This document shows positions 17,330 to 32,395 of a stretch of 64,000 nt of DNA, piece after piece (the stretch's first letter is position 1; every line of letters begins with the position of its first letter). A program made the position numbers and the translations under genes. Origin of the DNA: the human T2T-CHM13v2.0 reference genome, Homo sapiens; NCBI RefSeq assembly GCF_009914755.1, contig NC_060925.1. One strand, written 5' to 3'. The notes under the pieces are model-generated. The model was not told the origin of the DNA. It was given only the letters and a program-made list of their open reading frames with translations, and did no database searches.

Positions 17330-17580
17330 TCCATCAATTTGTTCAACAAATATTTATTGAGCAGTTATTATATGTTAGGCATATGCTGGGTGTATTATCT
17401 TTGAAAGGCAATGCAAAGTAAATAGCCAGAGAGTGAGAGGTGTTATTTCAGTTAGGGTAGTCAGGGAAGCCTCTTCAATGTGAAATGAGCTGAGAAAAGA
17501 CCTGAATAAAATGAGAGAGAGCAGGAGAAAGAAATGCACATACGTGGGAAGATTATGTCAGGCAGAGGAACCAGCATGAG
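17330..17580 (-). mobile_element. L2 fragment
   Basis: ttcaacaaatatttattgagc...agtcagggaagcctct...ggcagaggaaccagcatg is typical of an antisense L2 3' end. Confidence 0.7.
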
Positions 17581-17822
17581 TTACCCTTGGATTGTCTGTT
17601 TTTCCCTGATTTATGTGATTGCCACCATTGGCTTGGTCATATTCTTATAAAACTTAACTGCCCTAGTCACAATTGCTTAGTTCAGTCTAGTGTCTGAATG
17701 AAATTGCAATAGTCAGCATTTTTCTCTGGGATTTTTTTCTAAACATCTGAATGAGTATAGATAGCAACTATGTCTGCAGTTATGAGACCTGTAAGTCAGA
17801 AGTAAAGAATTAAGCATTAAAA

Positions 17823-18127
<305 letters not shown>

Positions 18128-21100
18128 TCATGGTCATGTCACTCACCATGTGGGGAAAGTAATTGTACAGCCAAAGTAATGAAGGCAACATAAAAATAAA
18201 CCCAGATAAAAGACCAGAAGATACGAGTTCAGGATTTCAGCATTCCTGATACCTGCTTGCACACTAAACTATCTTCTGATCTTATTCATTATCCTTTTTC
18301 TCCTAATCAACTTTAGATTGACTTGGATTGCTACTATTTTCAGCCAAATGAGTCCACATGAGGAGCTACTGAGTGAATTTAAGTAAAGGAATTTGAAAGT
18401 TGCTACTCAAGCACAGAAGGTAGACTTTGATGGGGACCAACAAATACCTTTCTACCTTTATAAGTTTGGAAACAATTAAGAGATGAGCACAAGTTTTCAA
18501 AAGAAAGAGATAAAAATATGAGTTATATTACTGAAAAAAAACCCAACAACCTTGATAGGATGTGCATGGTCTTTCCAACTCTGGACTCAAGAATTAAGTT
18601 GCCCACTTGGTCTCAGTCAGAGCTGAGAAGCCATGAGGCCTCCAAACAGTTGCCGCCTTTAACTTAAGAGAAAGAGTAGCACAAAACGTGTGTGTTCTAT
18701 AGACAGGTTGATTGGCTCAGAAACAAAGTCTAAAAGGACCCCTCTGCCTCCTCTTAGAGGCAAGAAAGACTGAAATATTCACAGAAAAGCTAGCATTATT
18801 ACTCCAATAGAAGTCTCTTGTGAGGAAGTGATACAGTGGTTACTTCCTAAAATAAAAGTATCTTCTTGAAACTGTAACATATACTGGAAAGACAGGAATT
18901 GGACAGAATTTGAATATCATTCTTTCCCTCTTAGATAAGCAATCTAGCTTTTTGAGTATAATTTTATAAATTTTTTAAATGGAGAATGATTATCTTTTTT
19001 CATGTGATTATTGTGAAGGTTATATGAAATGAGAATAAAATATTTGATCTGTTATTGCATAAAAAGTTTCATGTGTGAAATTTAACTTTTAATTTAGTAA
19101 CAGTTTTCAATATTATACTTAACATGTTAGAGACACTTCATATAGGAAATTTCATAATATTTATTTTCTTGAAATATTATTATATCAGACTGTAAGCCAT
19201 TATTATTTCCTGGCTAGTGAAATTCAATTTGTCATTGCTGGGACTTTTTTAGCACATCTGAGATTATAAGAACTCCCATGCTGACATACTTCTTGCCTAA
19301 GACTTACCTTTGAGATTGAAGTTGGTCACTTTCTCATATCCCATGATTTTTTGCTGAGGCTGGGGACCCTCATACCTAGGGTTCAGACTGCCTTGGTGCT
19401 ACATACAAACTTCTCCCCACCAGGAGGATATGCTGCCAACCTAGGGAAATGAAAAGACATGGCCCATCAGTCCATACCATCCACCTACAGAAATGTTCCT
19501 CTAAAAATTAGAGAGATTTTCTCTTTTCTTGAACGCCTTGACCACTCACCTCTCTAGTCTAATATAATCCTATGAAGTTAGAGAGAAAATTGAAAGAGAA
19601 AAAACAGATTGCCAAGTAGTCTATTGATAACTTGGCTCTTGGCCTGCAGCAAAATTCTTAGAACAGGCAAGAGGATATATGATGGAAAAATAAAGTCAAG
19701 GCTGAAATTAGTATGTCCATAAATTATTCTGACCCAGCAATATCTATTTTTCTGATTGACTTTTTAAAATATAACGCTCACATGGAATCTGTCTTGTAGA
19801 AGATTAAAGTTAGCAGTGTTCTTTATTTCTTTTTTTGTTTCTTTGTGCCTCTTTGAATAGAAATCTCATTAAGGAAAATCATATTTTATAAATATTTTTA
19901 GCTTTGAATTGTTTTAAAGTATATAGTAAAAATATATACTTAGCAAAATGTAATGTAATACAATTAAAAATTTTAATTCTGATTTTTAGAATAACCTCAA
20001 TATAGAGTATTTCAGCTCACTGTGAAATGGAAACCATTTTAATGAGCTGACGTAAGACTCCTATTATAATATCTAGCTATAAGTTGTTTCAAAATCAGTT
20101 ACTTTTTCTTCAAAGAGGAAGCTTATATTTCTTGGGGAAACACAGAAACACTAACCTTTTTGAAATATATATTTTAATCATTGATTATTTGAGCTGTTCT
20201 GAGAGAACAGGAGAAATTTTAAACTAGCCAAAAAAGAGAAAACAACAACAAAAACTTTTACAATCAGCTGAAGCAGAAGGTTCTAAGTCATTGGAACTTA
20301 TTTATTGTATGCTTGAGAGACTCTTGGAGCCATACAAAGCTGGGTATTAATACATGGGCAAGCACAAGACAGACAGGGCAGATGTTGCATTAATCAAAAT
20401 TGACTGAAATTTGAGAGCAGCTGTGTGGTTTGAGATGGCCATTCTGGCACAAAATTTATGCAAGGACCAAAATAGATACTACTGTACATTAAAAAAATAA
20501 GAAGAAAAAAGCTAAACTCCATTGTAAAACCTGACTAAAATCAAATTATATTCCCATAACAAAAGAGCAGTCAGTCAATCATAATATATGAGAATTAGAG
20601 TTTTCCCTAGGCAATAAACCCTAAATTCTGAGAGTCAATTGAAATCTAAATCACCTAGCCATCATTTTAAATCTAATATATCTTCATTTACATAAAAGTA
20701 TAGCTAGCCAATGCAGAGTCCCTCTCAATCATGATTCAGAATAGTGCTATTAATTCACAAATGACTTCTAAATTCTCATCTGTCAAGAAAATTAAGACCC
20801 TGACAGCTCTAACATTCTGTATGGTAGGCTACACGTTATAATGGAAAGAGAATGGGAGCCAACAGCACCAGATGATCTCAGCATCATTACTTACCAGTGA
20901 GGTTTTAAGGGTATTTTTTTCTAAATTCCTGACTCCTGTTCTCCTACTTCTAAAATGGGGATATCTATACTTGCCATCTCAGCTCCTCTCTGCTCTTCTC
21001 TGTTGAACACACCCTGATATACTTTCATTTCTACCACTCCACTGAAAGAACTCTTGCTAAAGTTGCTAATGGCTCCTATACTAATACATTTGATGGTCAA

Positions 21101-21313
21101 ATCTCCTCCCACATGTTGTTTGTTTGCCAACAATATTTTACAGAGTGTAACTCATTTAACTTGATTTTGTATGGAACCACTATCTTTTGGTGGAACCCCT
21201 ACTTCATTGGCTATTCTTTCTTAGTCTTCTTTTCAAATTCTCTTCTTCCAAAAAAAAATCTAAAACAATTTTCAAGTTAAAATTTTAGGATACATGTTTA
21301 TATTTTGAGAAAA

Positions 21314-21857
21314 TGTAAAAGGTCTGAGGTTTTACAGTGCTTGCATCTAACAAGGTAGCTTGGCACTGCTTCATATATGTCAGAAGACATGAGAATCCTG
21401 GGTCAGAGATAAAAGACAGCTTGTTATTCAGAGCAATAGCAGAAGCCAGAGAAGCATTGCTGTGTCAGTTACCCTAGTTCCTTTCCTTAGAAGATGATGT
21501 GATGAGGGGTGGCTGTTGTCTATACACACAATGGAGTATGTTAGGACAGAGAATCACTAATATTAGAAAGGCTTGACTGTTATATAGGAGGCCATTGGCA
21601 AATCTGCCTATTCTCCCCTTCAGAGAGAGACATTAATTTTATTACCTTGGAATATAACAGATATGCACCAGTGAAAGAAGTGAGAGAGATTTTTATCTTC
21701 AATATCCTGAGATGTAAGGAAATCCTTTGTGGAGAAATATCTCTGTCTTCCCTGACACTTGTGTATTTAAACATCTTAAAAATACTATTTGGAGAAAATG
21801 AGCTATTATCTTGACATGTGGACACATTAGAGATCAATGGAAAATTGTTACCAACAC
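21314..21857 (-). mobile_element. LTR40-like ERVL LTR
   Basis: Minus strand starts tgttggtaacaattttccattgatctct and later has tctctgacccaggattctcatgtcttctg...ttgttagatgcaagcactgtaaaacctcagacc, as in recalled LTR40. Confidence 0.7.
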
Positions 21858-22600
21858 ATAAGCTTGTTTCTCTTTTAGATTAGGAAACTGTTTTCTGCTT
21901 GCCTTTATTTAGCTTTGCCCTAAAAAGTAATCTTGCTTTGATGATTCAGAATTTAAGACAGTTTCTAAAAGTATTGACAAAGTATTCCACAATAACATCT
22001 TCTTATCTTTGCAATGTTTCCTTTTACAGTATTTATAAAGAATTTTAGCTTATAGTGGATATTCAAACACTGAAAAACACCAGTGGACTTTATTGGGTAG
22101 CATTTGAATAATGTAACATTTGGATCTCCTAGCAAGTTTAATGCATTATACAAAATGACTTGCTGAAATTGCCAATTTAAAGACTTATTCTTCTCCCAAA
22201 ACATATTACTTCTTGGAAACACCACTCATAGGTGTATGCTTTCAAAAAGCATACCATGCATTTAAACTTATCAACAGTTATTTTATTTGCAATGATTCAC
22301 CATTAGGAGTAGATGGGACTACAGACCCACAAATAAAACATGGCGACTGCTACAAACGTTGTGACTCCTTCCTTCCTACATGCTCAGGACCCAGTTCATG
22401 CAAATGTTGGTCTTAAACTTCCTGACCATGTGTTAGTGTTTTCTGTTATTTCTCTTGATTTGTTGTTAGTAGATTTCTTCAAATTTTATCTTTATGTAAG
22501 CTTAATGCTTGCAGATTTATATTTTTTTTACATTTTCCAAATTTCTTAGCTAATTTTTCTCTAATTTCTGGATATACAGGGGTAATCCTTAGGGGAAAAT

Positions 22601-22602
<2 letters not shown>

Positions 22603-22648
<46 letters not shown>

Positions 22649-22649
22649 T

Positions 22650-22684
<35 letters not shown>
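22603..22684. repeat. (CA)n/(TA)n microsatellite
   Basis: Direct reading of the sequence. Confidence 0.95.
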
Positions 22685-22709
22685 TTCTGGAGATATATAT
22701 CTTCAATGC

Positions 22710-25700
22710 TGTATATATGTGGGTTTATTTCTGAGTTCTTTTTTTTTATATTCCACTGACCTCTATGCCTATCATTTCACTAATTCCACAGTCTCTTGAT
22801 TACTATAGGTTTAATTTAAATCTTAAAATCAAGTAGTTTGTCTTTCAACTTTCTCTTTCAATTTTAAACTTGTTTTGGTAATCTGAATTGAATTTTCATA
22901 TAAATTTTAGAATACATTTATCAACTTCATTTACAAAATTATATTTGAATTTTGATTGGTACTTGATTACAGTGATAGATAATTTGCAAAGAATTGACAT
23001 TTTAACAACACTGTGTTGCAGTTGATGAACATTGTTTATCTGTTCTAACATCTGTTTATCTATGTAAACATCTGTTTAGATCTACTTTAATTTCTCTAAG
23101 TAGAGCTCTGTGGTGTTCAGTAGAAAGATTTTGCAAAACTGTTAATTTTATTCCTAAGTATTTTATGCTTTTGTAGCTAATGAAAAATAAGTACCTTAAA
23201 ATTTTATTTTAGGATTGCTTAATTCTTATACATAAAGTAACTCTTTTTTATATTAAACTGGTATCACATGATCTTGTTAAATTCACATATTAAGTGTAAT
23301 AGTTTTTATTTGTTTGTTTGTTTGTTTTTGGTAGACTCCTTAAGATTTGCTATCTAAACAGTTCTGTAATCTACATATAGAGAACATTTTCCTTCCTACT
23401 TTTTTATTGTTTTAACTTTTTTTTTCTTGCATTATTATAGTGGCTAGGACCCCTAATAAGACATTGAATAGAACAAGTAACATCAGATCTTTTTGCCTTG
23501 TTCCAAATCTTGGGGTGGGGAAGGTGTTCAATATTATCACATATTTGTAGATGTCCTTTATCAAGTTATGGAAGCTCCCCTCTCTTCCTTGTTTGCTTAG
23601 AGTTTTAATCATGAATAAGCATGAAATTTTCAATTTTTTTTTCTGCATCCTCTGACTTCTGGCTTCTATGGTTCCTGATAGAAACTCCACATCTGTTTGC
23701 ATCAGTGTTGCCTCTATACCTAGAAATGTCTTTGTTTGCATTTATTCTATTTGAGGTTAGCTGAGCTTCTTGAATCTGTAAATTTATTCTATGATTTCTT
23801 CAAATAATTTATTTTTGCTACATTTACCTTTTCCTTTCCTTCTGGCTCTCCAGATACACATATATTAGACATTTTGAACAATTAGACCATTGTTCAACAG
23901 GTTCCTGGAGTTTATTAACTTTTAATATATCTTGCTTTCTTTTTTTTACTTGAATTATTTCTATTAATTTATCTTCAAATTCACTAGTTAGTTTCTCTGT
24001 CACATCCCTTTTTTTCTTAAGACCATAAAATATATTTTTCTTTAATTCCAATATTTTTCAGCTCTAAAATTTGTATTTAGTTTACTTTCATATTCACATG
24101 CATATTTTCCCTAAAATTTCCATATTTTAAATTTAATACTAGTACATTTGAGTTTCCATCATTGAGCATCATTATAATATCTGCTTGATAGTCCTTGCTT
24201 GATAATTTCGACATCTGGTTCATCTGTAAGTTGGAATCTATTGTTGTCTTTTCCCTTGAGAACAGTTTGCATTTTTCCAACTCTTTACAATTTAAAATTT
24301 TTGTTATCGTATCTTAGACGTTGTGAATGTTATGTAGTAGTAACTATGGATTCACTTGTATTCCTTTAAAGTGTGCTAATGTTTTTGTTTTAGCAAATGA
24401 TTAATTTCTCAGAGTTTGTTTACTGTGCCATTACTAGGGTAGGCAATGGCTCAGATTTCAACTGGAATTTCTGTCTCCCCATAAAATAAATAGTTCAGGA
24501 TTTAGCCAGATATATAGTTGGCACCAAATCTGAGATTCTTTTTCTCCGGTTCTCTTCATTCTAGAAATTCTCCCCTCACTCTATGGGGAACTCCTAGTTC
24601 CCCCAGGTTTCTTCCCCTGATTCCTCTGGCTAGGAAGATTTTGGGAAATTCCATGCTGTAGCCACAGCTGTGGTATCTGTCATGATAAAGCTGCACATAT
24701 GGAAAATTCATTTCAATCAAATATAGTCCCCAAATTTTAACTTTCCTCCAACTCTGCCTAATTTGACTCACTTCTCTGAGTCCTCAGACAGTTGTGTTTT
24801 ACTATTATGTCCAGAATTTATAATTGTTACCTATACACAGAAAGCTTGGACTTAGTAGCATAGTGTTCTATAATGGAAAAGGAATTTCTCTCACTACCTG
24901 TAAGGTATAATTTAAATAAAAGAAAATTCACATATTTAAGTGATTAATTTGATGAATCTTGGCAGTTATGTATATCCAGGAAATCACCAGCAAAAACAAG
25001 ATACATAATATTTCTATCATTCTGGAATGTTCCATTCTTTCCCTTTTCAATCAGTCCCTCATTTTTGCCCCAATATAAAGCTTGGGATCCATTTTATTAT
25101 TTCTCTTGTCTTAGAATAATTCTGCCTTTTGGAAATCATAACAACGAATATAATTGTGTTATTTTGTGCCTGGATTATTTTGTTCAGTTTAATGTTTTTG
25201 AGAATCATCCATATTGTTGCAGGTATCAATAGGTATCAATATGATAACTCAGTATTAAATTTCAAAAATATGTTGCATTTTAATTATTCTCTTGTTGATG
25301 GAAATTTGGATTATTTCCAATTAGATATTCTTATTAATAATGCTGCTGTGGATACTGTTTTCCAAATTGTTTTTGTAGACGCAGTTTTATTTATCTTTAA
25401 TAAGTATCTAGGACATAAAAGCTAGGCTATAGTGTAGATATAACAAATTTTACAACAAACTTCCAAACTGTTATCCAAAATTGTTGAACCATTTTATAAT
25501 ACCACCAGCAATGTGTGATCAACTGCTCCGTATCCTTGCCAATATGTTCCATTATTTGTCATTTTTATTTTAGTCATTCTAGTGTCTGTTTAAATTCTTT
25601 TTAGAGAGAGGTTCCATTGAAGATATTTGTTCATGTTTTATTGAGTTGTTGCCTTTTTATTGTTGACTTCCAAAAGGTCCTCACATGATTTGGGTACAGG

Positions 25701-26005
25701 TGCTTTTTCTACTATATATATTTTGAACAGATTTCTCAAACATTGGCTTGCCTTTTAATTTTATTAATAGTCATTTTGCTAGCCAGAATATATATATATT
25801 TAAATTTTAGAATTTAAGTTCCTCCTTCTTATAGTTAGTTCTTTTTGTGTCCTGCATAAGTTATGCTTGGCTATCCAAAATCATTTAAATATTATTATTT
25901 TATTTTCTGAGAAGTTATTTGCAAGTTTTTACATTCAGGTCTATAGTCTATATAAATTAAATTTTTGTATAAAGTGAGATGAAAATCAAGGTTTGTGTTT
26001 TCATG
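22710..26005 (-). mobile_element. Ancient L1M (L1ME-type) fragments
   Basis: Degenerate antisense L1 ORF2, ORF1 and 3'UTR sequence; ORFs 23412-23741 and 23824-24051 show L1-like residues. Continues at ~28773-29870. Confidence 0.7.
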
Positions 26006-27393
26006 TGTTAAAAAGACATGTTTCAATAAACAAAAACATTACAAAAAAAGAAAACTACAGATTAAAATTTATCATGAAAATTGGCGCATAAGTCTTTTAC
26101 AAAGTACTAGCAAATTAAATTTAGCAGCATAGAAAAATAATTATATATCATGATCAAGTGGAATTTATTCCTGAAACGTGATATATAAAAATCAATCAAC
26201 ATAATACACTGAATTAACAGAAGTAAGGAGAGAAACCATGATCATCCCAAATGGTGCAGAAATAGCATTTGGCAAAATTCAATATTCTTTCATGACAAAA
26301 GCACTAAAAAACTAGGAATTGAGGGAAGCTACATCAACATAATGTAAGTCCTATAGGAAAAACCCACGGTTAACATCATACTCAATGATGAAAGATAAAG
26401 CTTTTCCCTAACATCATGAGCAAGACAATGATGCCTGTTTACACCATATTTGTTCAACACATTAATGATATCCTAGCCAGAGCAATTAGGCAAGAAAATC
26501 AAATAAAAGGCAACCAAGCTAGAAAGAAAAACGTAAATTGATCTCTGTTTATAGATGACATGATCTTATATGTAGAGTACCCTAAAGATTCCACAAAAGA
26601 AAATTAATAGAACTGATAAATTGAGTAAAGTAGCAGGATATAAAGTCAACATGCAAAAATACAGAGTAACTATGAATATGGGAAATGTTCACAGTTATAT
26701 ATGTTTTCTTTAAGTTTTTTTAGCAATGTTTTACAGTCCTCGTTATAAAAGTCTTTGATTTGGTATCATGAAAAATAATACCAAAGTTAGGAATTAACCT
26801 AACCAAAAAAAATAAAATAAATCACTTGACCCTATATTGGGGAGTTTCCCCACTTAGTGGGGAAAGGATGTCTTTTCAATGAAGTTTTGAGAAAGTTGAA
26901 TATCTACATGCAAAAGAATAAAATTGGAACCTTACTTAAAATATACACAAAAATTAACTCAAAATGGGTCCAAGGCCTAAATGTAAGAGCTAAAATGATC
27001 ACACTTAGAAGAGAATGCAAGGGAAAATCTTCATGACATAAAATTTGGCAATGATTTATTGGATATGACACTCTAAATGTGAACAATAAAAGAAAAAATA
27101 GATAAATTGAATTTTATATAGATTTAAAATATATATATATGTCAAAGGATACTGTCAATACAGAGAAATATTTAGAAATCATATATCTGATAAGGGACTA
27201 ATATCCAGAATATATAATGAACTTCTGAAACTCAACAATAATTACAACCATCTCAGTTGAAACATTGGCAAAGGACTTGAACAGACATTTCTCTGAAGAA
27301 GATATAGAATGGCAATAACTACATGAAAAAGTGTTCAACATTACCTATTAGAGGAATGCAAATCAAAACTAGAATGTATTACCACTTTACATC

Positions 27394-27746
27394 TGTCATA
27401 GACTGAATTGTGTCCCCACAAAATTTATACTTTGAAGCCTTAACCCCCAATGTGACCGTATCTGGAGAGATAATCTTTAGGAAGTGACTAAGGGTAAGTG
27501 AGGGCATAAAAGTGGCACCTTAATTCACCTGGACTTTGACTTTGTAAGAAGAGGAAGAGAGAGATTGCCTTCTTCTGCTCTCTAAACAATGTGAGAGAAC
27601 GCAGTGAGAAGCTGGTTTTCTACAAGCCAAGGAGAGACCTTACCTGAAACTGAATTACCCAGCTTCCAGAACTGTGAGAAAATAAGTTTCTATTGTTTAA
27701 AACATGCAGTCTGTGGTATTTTGTTATGGAGGCCCATCCTAACACA
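27394..27746 (+). mobile_element. MLT1A/B MaLR LTR
   Basis: tgtcatagactgaattgtgtccccacaaaattt...ccagaactgtgagaaaataagtttct...gtctgtggtattttgttatgg...ctaacaca. Confidence 0.85.
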
Positions 27747-28424
27747 TTATGATGGCTATTAATAAAAGAAAATAATAAAAAATAACAACAGTTGTCATTG
27801 GATATGGAGAAATTGCAACCCTTGTATAATGCTGGTGGCAGTGTCAAATGGTAAAGTCTCTGTAAAAAACAATATGATGTTTCCTTAAAAAATTAAACAT
27901 AGAGTTCCCACATAGCCCAGCAGTTTCATTTCTGTGTATATACCTGAAATAATTGAAAGCAGGGTCTCCAACGGGTATCTGTGCACCCGTATTTATTGCA
28001 AAATTATCTACAATAACCAAAAGGTAGAACCAACCCAAGTGTCCACTGATACATGAATGAATATACAAAACATGGTACATACATACAATAGAATATTACT
28101 CAGCCTTAAAAAGGAATGAAAATCTGATAAATGCTACATCAATGGAACTTAAAATAATTATTGTAAGTGAAATTAGCCAGACACAGAGGACAAATATTGT
28201 ATAATCCCACTTACACAAAACACCCAGAAAAGTCAAATGTTAAATCCAGAGAAACAGAAAGTAGAGTAGTGGTTACTACGGAATAAATGGGGGGAAAGGG
28301 TTAAAGAGCATTTGTTTTGTATGGGGAAAAAGTTTCAGTTTGGAATAATAAAAAAGTTATGGAAGTAGATAGTGACTATCTATGCCACTAAATTTTATGC
28401 TTAGAAATCGTTAAAATAGTGAAG

Positions 28425-28714
<290 letters not shown>

Positions 28715-29032
28715 TTAAAAGAGTCAATTTTATATTCTGTATAGCTTACCACAATTTAAAAAGACATGTTTCCCTATTAATTGAGTTGGTAACTTGCTTA
28801 GTAATCTATAAATCATATATGTGTGCTTCTATTACTGGACTTTCTATTCTTTGTATTCTACTGATCTGTCTGTAAACTGCTTACTGCAACTTTAGAACAA
28901 AATTTGAAATTTGGTGGTCTAAGTTCTACAACTTTTTCTTTTTTTCGAGACTTTTTTCTATCTAGAGTACCTTTGATTTTCTATATATATTTTAGAATTC
29001 TCCCATCAAATTCTTCCCAAAAAATCCAACTG

Positions 29033-29330
29033 GCACAAGAAGAGAACACCAAATACCACATGTTCTCACTCAAAAGTGGGAGTTGAACAATGAGAACACA
29101 TGGACACAGGGAGAGGAACAACACACACAGAGGCCTGTCACGGGGTGAGGGGCTCGGGGAGGGATAGCATTAGGACAAACAGCTAGTGTAAATGATGAGT
29201 TGATGGGTGCAGCAAACCAACATGGCCCATGTATACCTATGTAACAAACCTGCACGTTGCGCACACATACTCCAGAACTGAAAGTATAATAAATAAATAA
29301 ATAAATAAATAAATAAAAATTTAAAAGAAA
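29033..29330 (+). mobile_element. L1PA (~PA7) 3' fragment
   Basis: catgttctcactcaaaagtgggagttgaacaatgagaacacatggacac... with a (taaa)n tail. Confidence 0.9.
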
Positions 29331-30169
29331 AAAGTTAACTGGATTTATACTGAGACTGTGCTGGATTTAAAAATCAATTTGGGAAAAAGAAAGTTTGCCT
29401 ATTCATGAACATATTTTTCCATTTGTTAGGTCTTCTTAAATTTCTCTCAACTACATTTTGTAATTTTCACTGTAGTAGTCTTCCTACACTACATTTTTAT
29501 TTAGATTTACTTCTTGGCATTTTATATTTTTAGATATTAATTTAAATTGTATCTTTTTTTGTTTTTCTCCATATTTTGTAACCAGTATATAAAAATACAA
29601 TTGATTTTTATATTGACATTTTTATCTTGCAACCTTCCCAATGCATGTATTAATTTGAATTTTTTTGTATATTTCATAGTTTTCTACATAATTATGTATG
29701 AAAATAAAAAAGGTTTTACTTTTTCCAGTCTTCCTTTGTAGTATTTCTTTTACTTACATCATACTGCCTAGCAATTTTGGTACAATGTTGAGTAAATGTA
29801 TTGAGGGTAAACATCTTTGCAATGGCTACTAATCTTGGAGAAAAAGTGGCCAATATTTAATCACTAACTTCTATTTTGGGTTCTCTCTCTTCATAATGCT
29901 TCAACATGGATGAAAGTAGCTGTGTGTCTGTCTCTTCTCTCCCAAGAAATGCTCTCACCTTTTTGAAATATAGTTTTGTTAGATTTCCATGCATTTTCAT
30001 CTCTATGATTAAGTCAGACTAAAAAAGTTATGATTTCTATGCATTTTTAGCTCTTTGATTGATAAAGGGGAAAAATCACTATGTAGTTCCAGTGTGCTTT
30101 GTTGTTAGCCTAAAAACAACAGTTACTTGAGACTTTCTACATTATAACTAGACATAATAGGATTAAATC

Positions 30170-30790
30170 TACTTCACAGCTTTAAATGTCATCTCTAAGC
30201 CTATGAATTGCAGATTAATATCCTCTATCTGTAGACACAGTGTATTTTCAGCACAGAACTCCAAGTGACTCTTCTAAAACAGTCTGATCATGTCCCTCCA
30301 TCTGAAACACTCTGGTGAGTCCCCATTTTACTCAGCATAAAAGTCAAAAGTCTTCTAATGACCAAAAGCTACATATGATTTGAACCTCACCTTTAATATC
30401 TGTCACTTTGACCTCATCTCCCACAATTTCACCTTTGTTCTTTCTGCTCCAGCCACGTGGGCCTCTCCACTGTATCTGAAACAAATCAAGGACCCTCTAG
30501 ACTCATGACTTTGCATTTGCTCTCCCTCTTCTCATAATGGTCTTTTTCAGACAGACCCCAAATCCTTCAGATCTCTGCTCAAATGTCCCTGTCACGGTAT
30601 TATCTAACTATTTCAATATTATTTACTCTTGTTTGAAATAATACTTGCTATTCTGTTTATTATTTGTCTTTCCCAAGTAAAAGGCAGGAATTTTATTTTA
30701 CTGCTCTTTTTGCTCTACTTTTCAAGAATCTAAAAGATAGCTGAGATACAAGAATAAAAAATATATATATATTTGTAAATGAATATAAAA
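30170..30790 (+). mobile_element. L2 fragment
   Basis: ctgatcatgtccctcc...tactcagcataaaagtcaaa...ctgctccagccac...tttgcatttgct...ctctgctcaaatgtc L2 3' motifs. Confidence 0.7.
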
Positions 30791-30977
30791 CTAAACAAAA
30801 GAGGCTTGGTTGTCTTGAGCCATGGTCCAAATAATTTACTAAAATAATGTAAGTTTTCAGTAAAACAACAAAAGCATTCCCAATGGCATCAAATATTTGC
30901 CAATGGACAAGATTTTCCTACTTTAGTTCTAAATGTCTGAAGCACATATATTCTAGAGTAACTATTTCTTTAATGAC

Positions 30978-31350
30978 TGTATTAGTCCATTCTTACACTA
31001 CTACAAAGAACTACCTGAGACTGGGTAATTTAAGAAGGAAAGAGGTTCAATTGACTCACAGTTTCACAGGTTTAAAAGGAAGCATGACTGGGAAGCCATG
31101 ACTGGGAAACTTACAGTCATGGCAGAAGGCAAAGGGGAAGCAAACACCTTCTTTACACGGCAGCAGGAGAAGGAAAGAGCAAGGGGGGAAGTGCCACACA
31201 CTTTTAAACCATCAGATCTTGCGAAAACTCACTCACCATCATGAGAACAGCAAGGGGGAAACCTGCCCCCATGATCCAATCACCTCCCACCAGGACCTTC
31301 TTCCAGTTCAACATGATATTTGGGTGGGGACCCAAATCTAAACCATATCA
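30978..31350 (-). mobile_element. MSTA MaLR solo LTR
   Basis: tgtattagtccattcttacact...aagaactacctgagactgggtaattt...aaaccatatca. Confidence 0.9.
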
Positions 31351-32231
31351 AGAACTTTTAAGGATTTTTTTAAAATCACTTGTCAGTTCCTTTACTTAGG
31401 AAGAATTATCATTTAAAAAAAGTAAACATGAACATATTTTTAAACTTCATTGAATGCCATATTACTGAATCTTCTATATTCAAAACAAATTTTTTGGACA
31501 TCTATGAAGGCTAAAACAACTTCATTATCTCCTTCACTGCCCTCCAAAATAAAGTTTTCATTGTGCTTAATATGATCCATATTTGGTATCCTGACACTAG
31601 GTGGCTAAGTGATGTGGAGTAGTAAAAAGATTTAGATTATAAATTAAATGAAAATAAAATTTTTTAAAACAATGAAATCCCATGTCCATATACCTGAGTT
31701 AATTTCATATGAGTTTTGTACACTTGTGCAGAGGAAGCAGAGTGGAGGAACATAGCTATTTCTGGATGCTTTGTTTCCTATGCATGTACCACAGGGCCTA
31801 GAAGAGTACCAAGTATGTAGCAGGAGCTCCATGAGTACTTGCTGAATATAAGAATGAATAAATGAAGAGTCATGGAGACACAAGAAAACTTCCTTTTCCT
31901 TTCTCTCTCTTCTAACTTTTCATTACATTTCACAGGATAAACAATATGTTTTACATAAAATTAACAGCTTAATATTGGCTTACTCCTTAAACTTTACCAA
32001 TGTGAGTTTTCAACTAGTTTGCAAACAGTAATGTGATAATTTCTTCTTGTGATGAAGGGTGAATGATGCGGTAAAATGAGATAAAATATTATCTATCTTT
32101 ATTAATTCTCCATATACATAAGGAGAGATAGCTCCTATATCATACTAATATCCCCCCTAGGGATTATAAAATGATGCATTTCATATAGTTCTCTATCAGG
32201 TTGCTATTTATTAACCCTGATGAAGGAAGAC

Positions 32232-32395
32232 ATGTATATACATATGTACATACTCATACATATATGCATACATATATATCATTTATATGTGTGTGTATAT
32301 ATACATATCAAAGAAATATATGTATATAGACAGACATACACATGTATATGTATGTATGTGTATATATAGTGTCTGTGTGTATGTATGCATATATA
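32232..32395. repeat. (TA/CA/TG) low-complexity repeat
   Basis: Direct reading of the sequence. Confidence 0.85.
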
